This document shows, piece by piece, positions 1 through 20,010 of a stretch of 64,000 nt of DNA. Under the pieces are notes generated by a model. It saw only the letters and a program-made list of their open reading frames with translations. It did not search any database and was not told the DNA's origin. This DNA is from the human T2T-CHM13v2.0 reference genome, Homo sapiens. Position 1 is the first letter of the stretch. Each line of letters opens with the position of its first letter. The position numbers and the translations under genes are program-made. Where the stretch lies: assembly GCF_009914755.1 (NCBI RefSeq), contig NC_060930.1. One strand, 5' to 3'.

Positions 1-1343
1 TGATTTAGTAGACAAAACCAGATATGTAAAATTATCATAATAACACTGGCAGTGTGTGGTAAGAACCATAAAGAAATTGCAAAGATAGTAGTTGTAGTGG
101 TGGTGGTGAGAATGGGTAAGTGTCATTTGTAGGGTAACCTTTGTACTGACCTTAAAGAGTAGGTAGGTTTTTGACACCTAGAAATGTAGAGGATATTCTA
201 CATGGAAGCCGATAGATGAATGATACCTGCATCTAATAAATAGTTCAGTCTGTCTATGAGTTAGTATTAAGGTGAATTGTGGAAAATTATATGAAAAGGT
301 CATGAATGTAGGTTTATTAAGAGCTCTGATCAGACATGAATTTGGATGTTGATAGAGACCCAGTGATGATTTTATGGGGAGAGAGATTTGATGAGGGCTC
401 TACTTTAGTTAATGTGCTGAGAAGTCTGGATTAGAGAGGAGAGAGACTGAGGCAATAGGTAAATAAGAGGCTACCATGATCACAAAAGAGGTAATGAGAA
501 CTAAACTGGTATTGGAGCAGTAGAAATGGAAAGAAAGGAGATAGGTTGAGAGATTCAGATTATGCTTTGAGTACCTGCCATGAGCTGGCACTGTGCTGTA
601 CTTTCTTACATGGCATAAAGATTTGGAAACTGGTTTAGAATAAGGAGGGAGAGAGAAGATGATTTTAGTGTTGACTAAGGTTTACAATTTCAGTGACAGA
701 GAAAATGGTGGTGCTAATAACAGAAACAAGGTGGTTGAGAAGAGGAGTGGTTTTTGTCTACTCTAGCAAGGCATAGAAATGGAGCTCAGGAGATTGAAGG
801 ACTTGGAGAATAGATTGGGAGTCAGTTCTGACACTTCAGTAGAGCAGATGTCACACAAACAAGATTTATCTGTTCAAACTCTCCCATTAATTAGCTTCAT
901 ATTCTCAGTTAAGACATACATAATTTCTCTAGGAGTCTTCATTATGTCAGTTGTGAAGGACTCCCTGAATGATTTGATGGTCTGTTCCCATTCTAAAATT
1001 TTATCTTTTGTGTTTTATCTGTGAAATTCTGAGTATCAGATTGGATTGGTGTCATCACTTTGTTGTGTCAGAAGTATATTAAAATCAGAGCTATCTATTG
1101 TAGTACTTTTTTCCCTCTTGAATTGTGCTTTTTAATCAACCTTCATTAATGAGTACTCACTAGGTTTACTCTTTTAGTTGAAAATTCATTACTTAAAAAT
1201 ATCACTGTAACACACATGTAAACTGAATCGCTTTTAAATCAGCTTCTAGGGTTTACATCAGCCAGGGTTTTAAAAAAGATGGAGTTAAATGTAACCTAAC
1301 AATTGATTTTTAGGATGAGTCAAAGTGATTCAGATTAAGATAG

Positions 1344-1499
<156 letters not shown>

Positions 1500-3280
1500 T
1501 AAGTTTTTGTGGAGATAATTATTTCATGTGGTACTCTTTGATTTTGTCACGCTTGAAATTGTCTAACAGAAAATCATGCTTGATCTGAGCCTCTTGAATA
1601 GAGTGTGAGGTTAGTGAGGACAAAGATTTTTTTCTAATTTACAACTCGAACTCTAGGAGTTAAAGCATGCCTGGTACACAGAAAGCACTTAATCAGTATT
1701 TGTGGGATGAAATAATGAATTCAGAGTGTCGTTTAATATCTTTTGGACTTAAAAATGTCCAGTTTGAGTATTTTTAAAAGCACTGTAATGGTTTTTGGTT
1801 TTGATTTTTGACTTCTGGTATGTCTGTAGATATGTTTGATTCACTTTCCACATTGTTTGGAAGACAATGTAAGGCAGCCTATAAGGAATGTATATTGAAA
1901 TTAAAAATTTGAATGAGGAAAAAAATGTAAATCAGAATAGGAGGTAGTATCTGAGGAAATACTAAGAACACAGGAATGCTGACCATAGAGCCTAAATAGT
2001 TGCTGAATTTCATTAGACCGTAGGTACTCTACCTTGAAAGTCCAGAATATTCAAAAATGAAAGAAAATGCTTTCAGTGTAAATAGTCAAGGTTTACACCA
2101 AATCATTCAGATGGATACTTAACCTAGTATGTTTTAATTATAATTATTCTTTGGGCATGCATGAGACTTTATTCCAGTATCACCTAACTGTGTAGTCCTT
2201 TGGTGACTGGAGATAAATTACCCCACTGTAGTTCTCCTGTTATAAAGATGGGGCTGTTCATTATTTTTGAACGAAGAAAACACATGGCTTCTTTGACACT
2301 TACTAGATCAAATGACAGTCTTAATCTATTATATCACTATCAGTTTGCCTAATTGTACTTACTTAATTCTGACTAAATTACATTTAGTCTCTGCCATCTG
2401 TCCAAGTAGTGACAGCTGGGAGATAGAACTTATTTATTCTATTCCAAAAGAGTATACTTGCCATCTTCTAGTTATATGTAGTTTTAAGACTTTTCTCCCT
2501 GATTTTTTCAAAATCAACTAAATAAAGAACATATTTAAGTTTAAATGTGGCTATTCTTGATTAGAAATATATTTAGAGGCAAAATTTACTCAATCAGCTG
2601 ACTCATGTTGAGTATCTAATATGTGCTAAATTCCAAAATTAAAAGCAAGCTTAAGTTGCTCATTAAACATTTAACCCATAAATGTTCTAGGCAATGGTTA
2701 ACATATATTGTTTGGAAGAAATCTGGGACCAAATGGTCACTACAGAGCTAAATCAATCCTTGGCATTCAGTGATAGGGATGGGCCCAGAAGGTGCTACGA
2801 GCTGTATTAAACTCCTTAGTAGCAGGGTGAATACAGTAGGTAAGGAATACAAATGACTAAAACTTAGCGGTAGGAGATTTCATAAGTAGAGTCAACAGGA
2901 GAAGGCTGAATGAGATAGAGCTAGAGACTCAGATTTCTGTCTGTGGTGACTTGGTGGTGATGCCATGTCCCTGAGGAAGCACATGGAAGGATAATATTTT
3001 CTTTGAGGCAGAGGTAGGTGGGAAGAGATAATCTTGAGTTTGGATATGCCGAACTAAAGGTGCCTATGGGTTGGTAAGATACAAATATTTATTAAGAATT
3101 GGAGAAATATGGGTCCCTATAAAGATCAGGGAATACTCAGGGAATATTTAGGACTGATTTGGGAGTCTTAGTTATATAGATAATTGAAATTTTTTGTATT
3201 TTATTTTTTCTATGAGCTTTGTTTATCTTTAAATGAAAATAGTAATTGGAATATTTTATGTTTATGCTTTTCGTATTTAG

Positions 3281-3415
<135 letters not shown>

Positions 3416-4482
3416 TGATTTTAAATGTATTTTAATTCTTGTCTTTCTTTATATTGTACAAATTTACTCAATTTTTCTTTTGGATTAATAAAAGATACCA
3501 TAAATTGAATATATATTTTGGAGAAACTGTATACCTCTTGGATATATCAACATTGTTAGGAGCAAGTATTTTACACAGGGTGAGGAAGAATACTTTTGTA
3601 GTCAACTAATGGGGCAGGCTTACCATACATCATTATCTGTGTTAAATGCCTGTGTCCTCTAAGAGATGTCTGCCCAGGTGAAAGCAGGATATAATAAAAG
3701 CTGACCTAATGGTACTTTTAGACTTTTTAATACCATCAGCTCCATCTTAAAATTGTCCTCCTTCACAATTTTGAGGTTCTGGCCTTCATCTCTTACCCAG
3801 CTCATCCCTTATGAGTGTGTTACTTGGGCTAGATTTCAGCTGTAAGAGCAGACTTCTGGGCATCATCTTGCATCAGGGGTTTATAAAATTAAAGGATTAA
3901 AAGTAGTATATGCTTCATACCACTGGAGAATCTATGTGGGAAGACAGTAGTGTCTCTTTGCCTTTCTCAGCCTCTTTTATTTTGAAGTCCTCCAGCTCTG
4001 AGTCATAGAGGTTGGAGGTTTTAGATCAGAATGAGCAATTACCCCTCTTCCCACCAAATGCGGAGGTGTTAGCTAACCCTTTGCATTCAGACATAAAGCA
4101 GCTAAATGACATGTATTGGAACTAGTTCGTAGTGCATCCTGTTTCTCTTTGGGCTTTCCCTTCATGCTTGTGTTTTGGCCTAACCAGAGTTCACTTCCAG
4201 ATTTGGTTGACCTGTATGTTGTCTGCTACTAGGTAGAGTGAATATGGCTGACATAATTACTCTACCAGGGCAGCAGCAGATTTACTTTTGGCTTGAAGAA
4301 GCTATGACAGGCATCGTTGTGTTGCAGCCTGCAAAACGGTGCCCCATCCCTTAGAACCTGAATACGAGCAAACATCACTGGAGAAAAGTTACATGTTTAA
4401 AATGTAAATAAACTAGCTTTTATTTTTAGCTTTTTACTGCGAAAAAACAAGTGTTTGGAATGATTCTTTAAAAATGTGTGGA

Positions 4483-4776
4483 GGATGGGTGTGGTGGCTT
4501 ATGCCTGTAATCCAAGCACTTCGGGGAGGGCGGATCGCTTGAGCCTGGGAAGTCAAGACCAGCCTGGGCAAACATGCAAAATCTTGTCTCTATAAAAAAA
4601 ATGAAAAAATTAGCCGGGCATGTGCTTGCCTATAGTCCCAGCTACTCTGGAGGCAGTGGTGGGAAGATCGCTTGAGCTCAGGAGATCGAGGCTGCAGTGA
4701 GGTGAAGTCATGCCACTATACTTCAACCTGGGTGACAGAGAGATACCCTGTCTCAAAAAAAAAAAAAAAGAAAAAA
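4483..4776 (+). mobile_element. Alu (J-like)
   Basis: Dimeric Alu with A tail. Confidence 0.9.
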
Positions 4777-5079
4777 GCGCTGCTGATAAATTGGACAAAG
4801 GGATGTGTGCGCTCTTGTATATGGTTTGCATTCTCCCCTTAGAGTAAAAGCCGTTTCTGAAGTCTTCTTGGCACATGTCTGAGGTGAGAAATAGTTGTCT
4901 TATAGAGCCAAATTGTGATGACCTAGTTTTGAATTAAAGTTGTCTTAATTTGAGACTGCTTTAACAGCATTAAATTGCTTTCAACTTGTCTGTGTAGTCT
5001 TAACATTTAATACAGTTTATAGCCTAAATTGTTGGAGTCTAATGAAGATAGTTAAAAAATATATATGTAAACAGAGGCA

Positions 5080-5267
5080 AATCTAGGAAATTTAAAGCTG
5101 TTAATTTTGCCTAGTTGTAAAATGTTGACAAATTGTAAATTTAATAGTTGTATTAGAGGAAAAAACCCCACAGATATAATCTAGGAAATTTAAAGCTGTT
5201 AATTTTGCCTAATTGTAAAATGTTGACAAATTCTAAATTTAATAGTTGTATTAGAGAAAAAAACCCA
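5080..5267 (+). repeat. 98-bp-period tandem duplication (2 copies)
   Basis: AATCTAGGAAATTTAAAGCTGTTAATTTTGCCTA...TTGTATTAGAG.AAAAAACCC at 5080 and 5178. Confidence 0.95.
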
Positions 5268-5687
5268 AGTTGCCATTATGTATTTTTTTTTCCAGCTGAA
5301 TTTTTGGTTGCTAGATTTCTTAATTGGAAGCTCATTAATTCTTGCTTTTCACTGGGGACTTCATTAGTTATGCATAGTGACCATTTTTTTAATCCCTCTG
5401 CAGATCAGCTCTGGAATTAGGAAGAGATGAGCCACAGCCCATAATATCAAGACATTCTGTCAGAAACTTAAGAGTTGTTTATTTGGATTTCATATTACTT
5501 AACTTTTAGGATAATAAGATAGAACATTTAAAGTAAATACTTTTAAAATGATTTGAACACTTTTGAATGACTTTATTTTAAAATTTCATTAACATTGAAT
5601 AGACATTTATGATTTCTTTAAGAGTAAGTGGTCCTAAAGTGAACTTTCTATTATTAACTTTATATTTAATATATTGCTCATCATTAA

Positions 5688-5813
<126 letters not shown>

Positions 5814-5852
5814 TGAGTATTCAGCTAACTTGAAGTATTTGAGTAGGTTGAT

Positions 5853-6160
5853 CTTTTTTTTCCCCCCTTGAGATAGGGTCTTACTGTGTCACCCAGGGTG
5901 GAATGCAGTGTCACCACCACAGCTCACTGTAGCCTTGACCTCCTGGGCTCAAGCCACTGTTCCACCTCATTCTCCCGAATGGCTGGGACTATAGGCACAT
6001 GCCACCATGCCCTGCTAATCTTTTACTTTTTTTGTAGAGATGAAGTCTTACTGTGTTGCCTAGGCTGGTTTCGAATTTCTGGGCTGGGCTTGAGCAACCC
6101 TCCTGCCTTGGCCTCCCAAAATGCTGGGATTATAGGCATGAACCACCATGCTTGGCAACC
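5853..6160 (-). mobile_element. Alu (J-like), 40 nt after the exon 6 donor
   Basis: Antisense dimer. Confidence 0.9.
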
Positions 6161-6199
6161 AGGTTGACTTTTTTCTGGTAAAAAAATACTTAAGTAAAA

Positions 6200-6700
6200 G
6201 TTGTCAACCATTTCTAAGTGTATAGCATAGTAGCATTAAGTATATTCACGTTGTTGTGCAGCCAATCTGTACCATCTCCAGAACTTTCATCTTGGAAAAC
6301 TAAAACTTGACCCATGCAACAACAACTCCATTTATCCACTCACCTAGCAACCACCATTCTACTTTCCAGTTTTTCTGTGAATTTAACTACTTTAGCTATT
6401 TCTCATGTAAGTGAAATTACACAGTATTTGTCTTTCTGTGACTGGCCTATTTTATTTAACTCAACTTAAGATTCATCCATGTTGTAGTATGTGTCAGAAT
6501 TTCCTTCCTTTTATTTTTATTTTTTAGTATTTTGGATCCCATCCTTCCTTTTTAAGGCTGAATACTATTTTATTGTAGATCTGTGGTACATTTTGTTTAT
6601 CCATGCATTTGTCAATGGACATTTAGGTTACTTCCACCTCTTGGCTATTGTCAATAGTGCTGTTATGAACATGGGTGTGCAAATATTTCTTTGAGAATTT
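6200..6700 (-). mobile_element. L1M (L1MA/MB) 3' fragment
   Basis: TTCATCCATGTTGTAG, GGACATTTAGGTTACTTCCAC, GCTATTGTCAATAGTGCTG typical of antisense L1 3' end. Confidence 0.75.
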
Positions 6701-7063
6701 GAAAAGGTTGACTTTTAATACCTTTGCATACTTCATGACATAGTTTGGAATGGTGGGCTCTATCCTTTTTAAGATACAGACATCTTATATGGAAGCTAGT
6801 CTATAGATTACTGAAAGCCAGCTCTGACATGTTATTCACACGAGGATCTTGGAGGATACTGGTACTGGTTAGACAAAGGGTGATCTAGAAATATTCCTTA
6901 AGAATCTCACATTTACGTTCTGTCTATATTTCTGTTGTTAGCATGGTTAAAACCATTTTTTACCTTAAGCTTACGATAATTTGCCTCCTTATTTCTATTT
7001 CCCTATAGTCTGCCTCCTAATGTGTTCTCTTTGCTGCCATTAAATTAAACTCTCTGCATTGTG

Positions 7064-7397
7064 TTTTTTTGTTTGTTTGTTTGTTTGGTTTGGTTTGTTT
7101 TTTTTTGAAAACAGGGTCTTGCTCTGTTGCCCAGTCACCCAGGCTGTAGGGCAGTGGTGCAATCATAGCTCACTGCATCCTCGACCTCCTGGGGCCAAGT
7201 GATCCTCCTACCTCAGCCTCCCAAGTAACTGGGACCCACAGGCATGTGCCACCATCCTGGCTAATTTTATATTTTTTTGTAGAGACAGGGTTATGCTATG
7301 TTGTCCAGGCTGGTGTCCAGCTCCTGGACTCAAGTGATGCTCCCACTTTGACCTCCTAAAGTGCTGGGATTACAGGCATGAGCCACCATGCCTGGCC
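7064..7397 (-). mobile_element. Alu (J-like) with (TTTG)n tail
   Basis: Antisense dimer. Confidence 0.9.
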
Positions 7398-8151
7398 TTA
7401 CACTTTGTTTAGAATTATAGCATTTTAAAAATGGAAGGAATCATAACACTCATTGTAGTATAGTTCTTTTAATTTACATACCCATGAGGTTAGATCTAGT
7501 GGTTGAACTACTGCTAGGAGCAGCATACTCACCAGTGTTACTCCCACAGAATTATAGTTCTTAGTTGATTGCTGCATAGTGGTACTATGAAAGTTTGCTA
7601 TTCATTATGTAAATATGCTGTTCAGAGTTATTTATGTAAAATCAATTGAAGAGTTTGTTAACAGCTGTTATATATATGTGTATATATACATACACACAAT
7701 TCTGGTTAAGTGAATGCTTCCCAGTATTCTTGGATTCTAAGTGTTTCAATTTCTTTTTCTTTCTTTCCTGTATGTAATAGTCTATATGAGTCTATGGTTA
7801 ATGTATGAAAATGAACAAAAAGTTAAGGAGTTATAAACTTATAATATGAACTTACATTTTAAATTAAGGATTGCTCTTTATTTTGAAATGTGCCAGGCAA
7901 ATAGTTATTTCTCTGTGTTTCATATTTCAGTGAAACAACATGAATAGTGATAACTTCCCAGTTGTTCGGAGGCAGATTGCCTCATTTTCTGTAGCCAAAG
8001 ATTGAATTAATAGGCTCTCACAAAAGGCTTTGACATCTCCTATAGTTTATGAATATGATATATTTAAAATCAAATAGTTGGATAAAATCAGAACATTCCC
8101 AAAACAATTTAAAAAACAATGTCAATTAGATGTTAAATGCAATACAAATAG

Positions 8152-8592
<441 letters not shown>

Positions 8593-8761
8593 CCAAATAG
8601 AATTTTAAATAAATTTAAAAAGCTATGACAGAATAGTTGCATTTAATTACACATTTGTTATAATGATGATCTAGGTTTCAGTTTTATATGTACTAGATAA
8701 TTATAAATTATTGTACACCATATTATTGTCATCAACATTTTTTATCCTATATTTTAAACAG

Positions 8762-8817
8762 ATACCTGACTGAATCCTATGGAACAGGTCAAGATATTGA
8801 TGACAGAATTGTTGAAG
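8762..8817 (+). CDS. MYO6: MYO6 exon 7 (56 nt; YLTESYGTGQDIDDRIVE)
   Basis: aacag|ATACCT...GAAG|gtattg; phases match exons 6 and 8. Confidence 0.96.
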
Positions 8818-9399
8818 GTATTGCTAATTTTTCAGTTGTTACGCGTGTACTGAAATTAATTTACAAGACTTCTTTTAGTGGTCTGGAATGTTCTTCTCTC
8901 AGAGATGCAAAAGACTCTCTTATCTCCTACTAATCATTGCTCATATATCATCTTGTTATTTACCTAATATCAATTGTTTCTGCCCCCACCCGCACCTCAT
9001 GAAAACACTAAGAAGGCAGGGATTTTTGTTTCATATTCCAAACCCTTAGAATGGTAACTGATACAGAGCATAAATATCTGTTGAATGAATGAAAGAATAC
9101 AGGAATGTCTTTAGCTTCCAGTTTGTTTTATGGAGCTTGTTTTGTGTAAAGGAAAGAGGAAGAAGGGTTATTTGGCATTAGGTGCTTTTTTAGAGAAGTC
9201 ATTTTTTAACGAAGGCCGTAGTGTGTAAATTGATTTCCTTAAGCTATCCATGCTTGTATACCTTCTTAGAAAGTCTTCTTGTACCTCAGTTTGGAGACTG
9301 CTGGCCTAGACTACCATTATGTTGAATCTCCTGCATGATGCCCTCCTGCATCATAGACTCCTGTTTTGTCTCTTCACTTAGATTCTTACTTCTCCTTAA

Positions 9400-13322
<3,923 letters not shown>

Positions 13323-13414
13323 ATGTTAATATTTTTTAGAACATTTTTTTCTAGACATATATATTAACAAATGGAGATATACCATGCATATTTTGTAATG
13401 TTCCGTCATGCTAA

Positions 13415-13588
<174 letters not shown>

Positions 13589-14075
13589 TGAAAATGCAAG
13601 GGTCAGTTGGTGCTGTATTTGCACTTAATGGTAAATACCTTTAAGTTTCATTGTTACTTTAGATGGTTGCAGGAATATATGTGTCCACTATGACCATCTA
13701 AAAGCTCCTTTCACAATCTAAAACCCAGATGCTGAATTTGACTTCAGCATTGAGTATTACTGTATAGCTAGTCATGTAAGATATTCTAGCACCTGTGTTG
13801 AGGTACGGTGCAAGGTCAATTGTGATTCTTAGGAGGCTCAAAACTTAACAGGATTTGGGTAGAGACTTAAATGGGGATGTTTAAAATGAAGGATGACCAT
13901 TATAAATACTCTGTGCTTACGTTTAGTTATTTGTTTTTTCCCCTTTATTTGGTGAATATTATAACCTCTTTGATAGACAAATGTGTATTAGAAAAGGTAA
14001 ATAATTTAACATTGGTTAATTATATTTTAAGACTTTAAATGCAAAAATATATTTTCTCTGTGTTTTGTTTTTTAG

Positions 14076-14267
<192 letters not shown>

Positions 14268-14268
14268 T

Positions 14269-14612
<344 letters not shown>

Positions 14613-15046
14613 TTATTTTAGTGAATTTTGAAATCTACTTGTTGTGTGTATGTAACTTACATTGGATCAAGTATAACATGTTAGAATGACCACTGTACTG
14701 AGAAGATCTCTATTAAGGTGTACTGCTGAGTTTATAGTATAACACTGTATGAGGAGGCACATAATGGAATAGATAAAAGGATAGATGTTAAACCCTACGT
14801 CAATTTAAACTCAATTAGAAATTGATAATAGCTCTGTAATACTAGCTTTAAAGTTACCTTTGACTTATCTGTAAAAATGTTTGAACACTAAATTAATATT
14901 AATAAAGGACACATGATTGAATTTCTTAATTTACTTCAACAACAAATATTTATTGCTTGCCCATTGGGTGCCAGGCATTGGGCCAGGATTAAAAAGATAA
15001 ATAATACACAGTCCCTGCTCTTGATCAACTTAGATGTGGTGGGAAA

Positions 15047-15085
15047 CGCACACACACACACATGCACACACACACACACACACAC
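15047..15085 (+). repeat. (CA)n microsatellite, interrupted
   Basis: Seen directly. Confidence 0.95.
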
Positions 15086-16909
15086 CTGAGCATTACAAGC
15101 GAGTAGAGTTTCTAGGAGCGGTGACTGGGGATGGTTTGGTTAACACAATTTTCAGATTCTCAGGTTAGAAAACAGTGTACTTGTATGGAGTATGGGAATG
15201 TAGTTTATACAAAGGAATGCAATGTGAGTAAGGAATGTCGTCTGTATAGAGTTCCCCAGCTGATTCTGATAGTCTTTTTTGGTCAGAAAGCCTCCATTTG
15301 AGAATCATAACACACATAATTACTGCTCTGTGGTTGTGTGTGTGCGTGTGTGTTTGCAGACAGCTTTTCTTTTACTTCAATTTCTTTTAATGTGTGTTTG
15401 CAAATTTTAAAAGTCTGTTGTCTTAAAACACTTTATAAATGTATCTCTTTATATACTTCTAAAATGTCCAGTCTTTTCTAGAGCTCTCCAAATTAATTGG
15501 AATTTGAAGCTAGTTGCCCACATTTCCATGAAAGTAAAGGAAGCATTTCTTTTTTACTATGGTTTTTAAAAAAGGAATAAATTACTAGGAATTACATGAA
15601 ATATAATAATGATGATACGGTTTTGTCAATACTTAGCTGACAATAAAGTGATGTGACTGTTCTGGCCTTAATCTAGCATTTCTTCCTGCTTGGAGGCTTG
15701 GGAGTATAGTATTTTTGGGTTTCAGAATGTACAGCCTTTCCTGGTACAATGGCAGGCATCCTGAAAGGGCAGCTATTGAAATATATCTGGTCAGAGGATT
15801 TCCTGTTTCTGCAGTGTGAACCAGGAGGCCTGATTTCCTTTCTTACAGGAGAGTCCTTGTGATGGTAAGAGGAAGAGTAGGGGAACAGCGTTGCATACAT
15901 CTGCCATCTTGAATATTCCTCTCATATGCAGGCACAACACACCCACTACTATATCCACTTCCCCCAAATAATTCTGCCTTAAAGTCACTTGAAAGTGTGT
16001 TAGTGATTTCATCAGGTTTTTCTGTAGTTTAGCCCTCTGGTTATAATTGAGAGATCAGGTTTTAAAAACAAAGGGGAAACCTGCAGTAGGTTGAACACTT
16101 GTAAAATTGTTGAATTTTTTTGGTCACTACTCTATCAAAATTAGTATGTAAAGAATTGTGGATGTATACCTGTCTGTAAACATTTTTATTAACCACACAT
16201 ATACTTTAAAAAGTAAAAGGTTTAAAAATGTTTGCATTTAGACATTTCAAATATTTCTGCACATGTTTCTGGAGCCAATTGCTGTAATCATGGATAGATC
16301 CTTGAATGTAAAGAAGGCTTGGATAGAAAAAGAATAGATGGCCGGGATAGTGTTCTAGTTACAGAAAAACTAAAAGGACACGTTTCTATCCAAGGTTGTA
16401 ATATTAGGCCCCACTGTCCAGAAGCAAAGTATTTGACAAAACAATTGGAGTGAGGAGACAAAGTGCTTGGTAGCAAAGAACATATTTATTTTGGCTCTAC
16501 ATGTTTAAACTATTATTCTGCTAAGTAAAAGAGCTCTTATTTGAAACAGTCCATTGAAAATGCTTACCAACATTGTCCCTGCTCCCTTCTCTTTTATTTT
16601 TTTCCCAAAGATTCTAGGGTGGAAGAAAAAAAAAAACCATGTATATAGTTGTCTTGTTTTTACTGTATTTTAGCATTTAATTATAATGGAGAAGGAAAGA
16701 TAGAGGCATTGATTGTCTAAAATATTAATTTATCCCCAAATCATTCAAATTTTTATAAAATTTTTTTTGGTATGTGTATGATGAGGTGTATTTAATTTGG
16801 GAATTCATGCCATGGTACAATAAAATCATAGCAACCTGATTTAAGAGAAGCTGAGATGTTTAAAAAAACTTGTCCATCCTGTTCTCTGTGTACATCCTTT
16901 CTGATCAGA

Positions 16910-17056
16910 TTTGCCCAATTCCATCTAAATGTCTTTAGGCTGTGTGTAATTTTCAGAAAAATGCAGTACTTTTAGTCTACCGTATAGCAAATATGTTCAT
17001 TCACTTTTTATTAGAAACAGTTTTTAAATGAAGCAAGCCTTCAATTGTGAGACTAA
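16910..17056 (+). repeat. 147-bp dispersed direct repeat, copy 1
   Basis: Ungapped match to 19864-20010; 16 mismatches by hand count. Confidence 0.93.
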
Positions 17057-17758
17057 TAAATGGGAGCAGTAGATTCTTGTTGATACCAGTAGATTTTCTT
17101 TTTTTGAACTACTCCTCTTGTTCTATATTTTGGAAGCATTTAGCTTTTGAAAGCCTTTGGTAAGTGAAGTAAATCACTGAAATAAGAAAACTTTAAATTA
17201 TTTGATCCATAAAGCATAAAGCAAGTAGTGTAATTTATGTACAGTCATTGTTAGCTTTCAATAAATGTGAAAAGCATGTTTTAAAAAACTGACTCTAAAA
17301 ATCAAAAATTAAGAAAATCAAGGATAGAATTTCTTAACTTCTCAGAATTTAAAATATTACTTGAAAAATTAAACCATACTATCGGTTCTTACTTGAGATT
17401 CTACATATTTAGTAGGAAGGTGATTTTCATGATTTTATACACTATGTTTAGATTTTTGATACTGAAAAGATATAAAATTGTTGCCCTTTAAAAGTAGAAA
17501 ACTTTTATGTCATTGATTTTTAATCATTTTATTTAATCTATGCTCAGAGATTAGGATTTTTAATATTCCTGGTTTTATTAGTAGGAAGAAAATGCTTATA
17601 AAATATAGAAGTATTGATTTGAATGGTGAGATTATACAGTACTCAAGTTGTGTTTAGAAATTCTTCATGGTTGGCACTATTTGGTAAGTTGTGTTTTCTC
17701 CTGTATTATTTCCCTGTGGATCATATATGTTAATTATATTTAATTTGTTTTGTCATAG

Positions 17759-17839
17759 TATTTAAACCGAGGCTGCACTAGATACTTTGCTAACAAAGAA
17801 ACTGACAAACAGATTTTACAGAACCGCAAAAGTCCTGAG
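17759..17839 (+). CDS. MYO6: MYO6 exon 10 (81 nt; YLNRGCTRYFANKETDKQILQNRKSPE), most of class-VI insert-1
   Basis: catag|TATTTA...CCTGAG|gtatag; phase 0-0. Confidence 0.96.
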
Positions 17840-18272
17840 GTATAGTAGACCATTGTTCATAAAATCTTTAACTTAAAAAAAAACTCATGCTGAAAGATGT
17901 GTTATAATTTTTATTTTAGAGCCCAAGTAAGAGTTCTAACTTTTAGGCTTATACTTTAAAAAATTAAATATTCATCTAAGTCTCTGTCACAGTGTAATAC
18001 TTTATACCTCTTGTTGTTATCTAGTGAAGTGACAGGTTCTGGTTCTTCTGGTTGGGCATCACTGCATTGCTCTCCTCTCATTCTGTTTTCAAGCATGAAG
18101 GTATTAAATTGCCTAAGAATCATTCTCTTCTAGCATTTTTGAAACTTGCTCTTATATTACCCACTTGAGCTTAAGTATATGTCTTTTACAATTTATTGTC
18201 TATTTCAAGGCTGACGTGAGGTTTGATGTAGACAGTAAATAGATTAAGCGTTCTTGGGAAGAAATGCTTATA

Positions 18273-18922
<650 letters not shown>

Positions 18923-19863
18923 TTATATATTGGTTTCAGTAAATTATAATTCTAAGAATAATTAGATATAATTATACCATTAAGTATTATTTTTAACACA
19001 TTAAGTTCTTAATGTAAAAATTTACAACCCTTATAAATTTTAATATGCAGTGTTTAATAAGTGATATTAAGTTACACGTACTCAAGGGGCTTAAGTTATG
19101 AAATACTAAAGTAAGGATTAATGATAGATACTGGTTAATGTTACTTTTATTAATTTTATTAAATATTTAAATTGAGTAATCGAACAAGTTTTTATAATAG
19201 TCAGTTTTTAATGCTTCTACATTTGTAAGCCCGATATTTTTTACTCTTCTTAAAATGAATGAGATGATTTATATTTTTAGCATATTTATATAAAAGGATA
19301 GAAAGCAAATAAAATATTCCATTATTTAAAATTCTAAGCAGACAACCCTACAGTTAATTTTTGTTTAATTTGGCATTTTATATATCATTATAGATACAGA
19401 ATCTGAATTACAAACTATAAACTTTGCTATAGCCATGGTTGGTACTTTTAAGAAGCAACATTAATATTTATTATTGTATCTTTCTTTGTCTTGATAAGAC
19501 TATGTTTTTCTGAGATATCAAAATATAGTAGCTATATTCCTTTCACTAAGATAATGGAGACCTTTCCTAGTGGGACATTTCAGCAGTTCTGAAGGGGGGA
19601 AAAAGATATAAATTTGATCATTTGCCATGGAAAAAAATGGAGTAGAGAGGAAAGAAAACGAGTTTACTCTCCAAAGAGTAGCATGTACTCTCCAAAGAAG
19701 AAAATTGCCCTCTTATTCTAGAGTCAGTATACTCTTTCAGAAATCTTATTCACATTGAGTGTGCGTTTATATGTACAGTTAAATAATGGATTAATATGTT
19801 TAAATTACTTTTTATGTCTTCTTTATCAGGAGGATGAGGTGATCATTTTGACTAATTAAACCC

Positions 19864-20010
19864 TTTGCCCAATTCCATCTGAATGTCTTTAGGTTGTGTG
19901 TAATTTTTAGAAAAATGCAGTATTTTTAGTCTGCCATACAGCAAATATGTTCATTAACTTTTGATTAGAAACAGTTTTTAAATGAAGCAATTCTTTGACT
20001 GCAAGACTAA
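19864..20010 (+). repeat. 147-bp dispersed direct repeat, copy 2
   Basis: Ungapped match to 16910-17056. Confidence 0.93.

Noticed and set aside
4290-4410. Short stop-free CpG-containing stretch resembling a processed-pseudogene fragment
   Set aside because: I could not recognise the peptide, and it has no clear splice pair, poly-A or TSD.
19665-19698. TACTCTCCAAAGA repeated at 21-bp spacing
   Set aside because: A two-copy micro-duplication with no further units; not an array.
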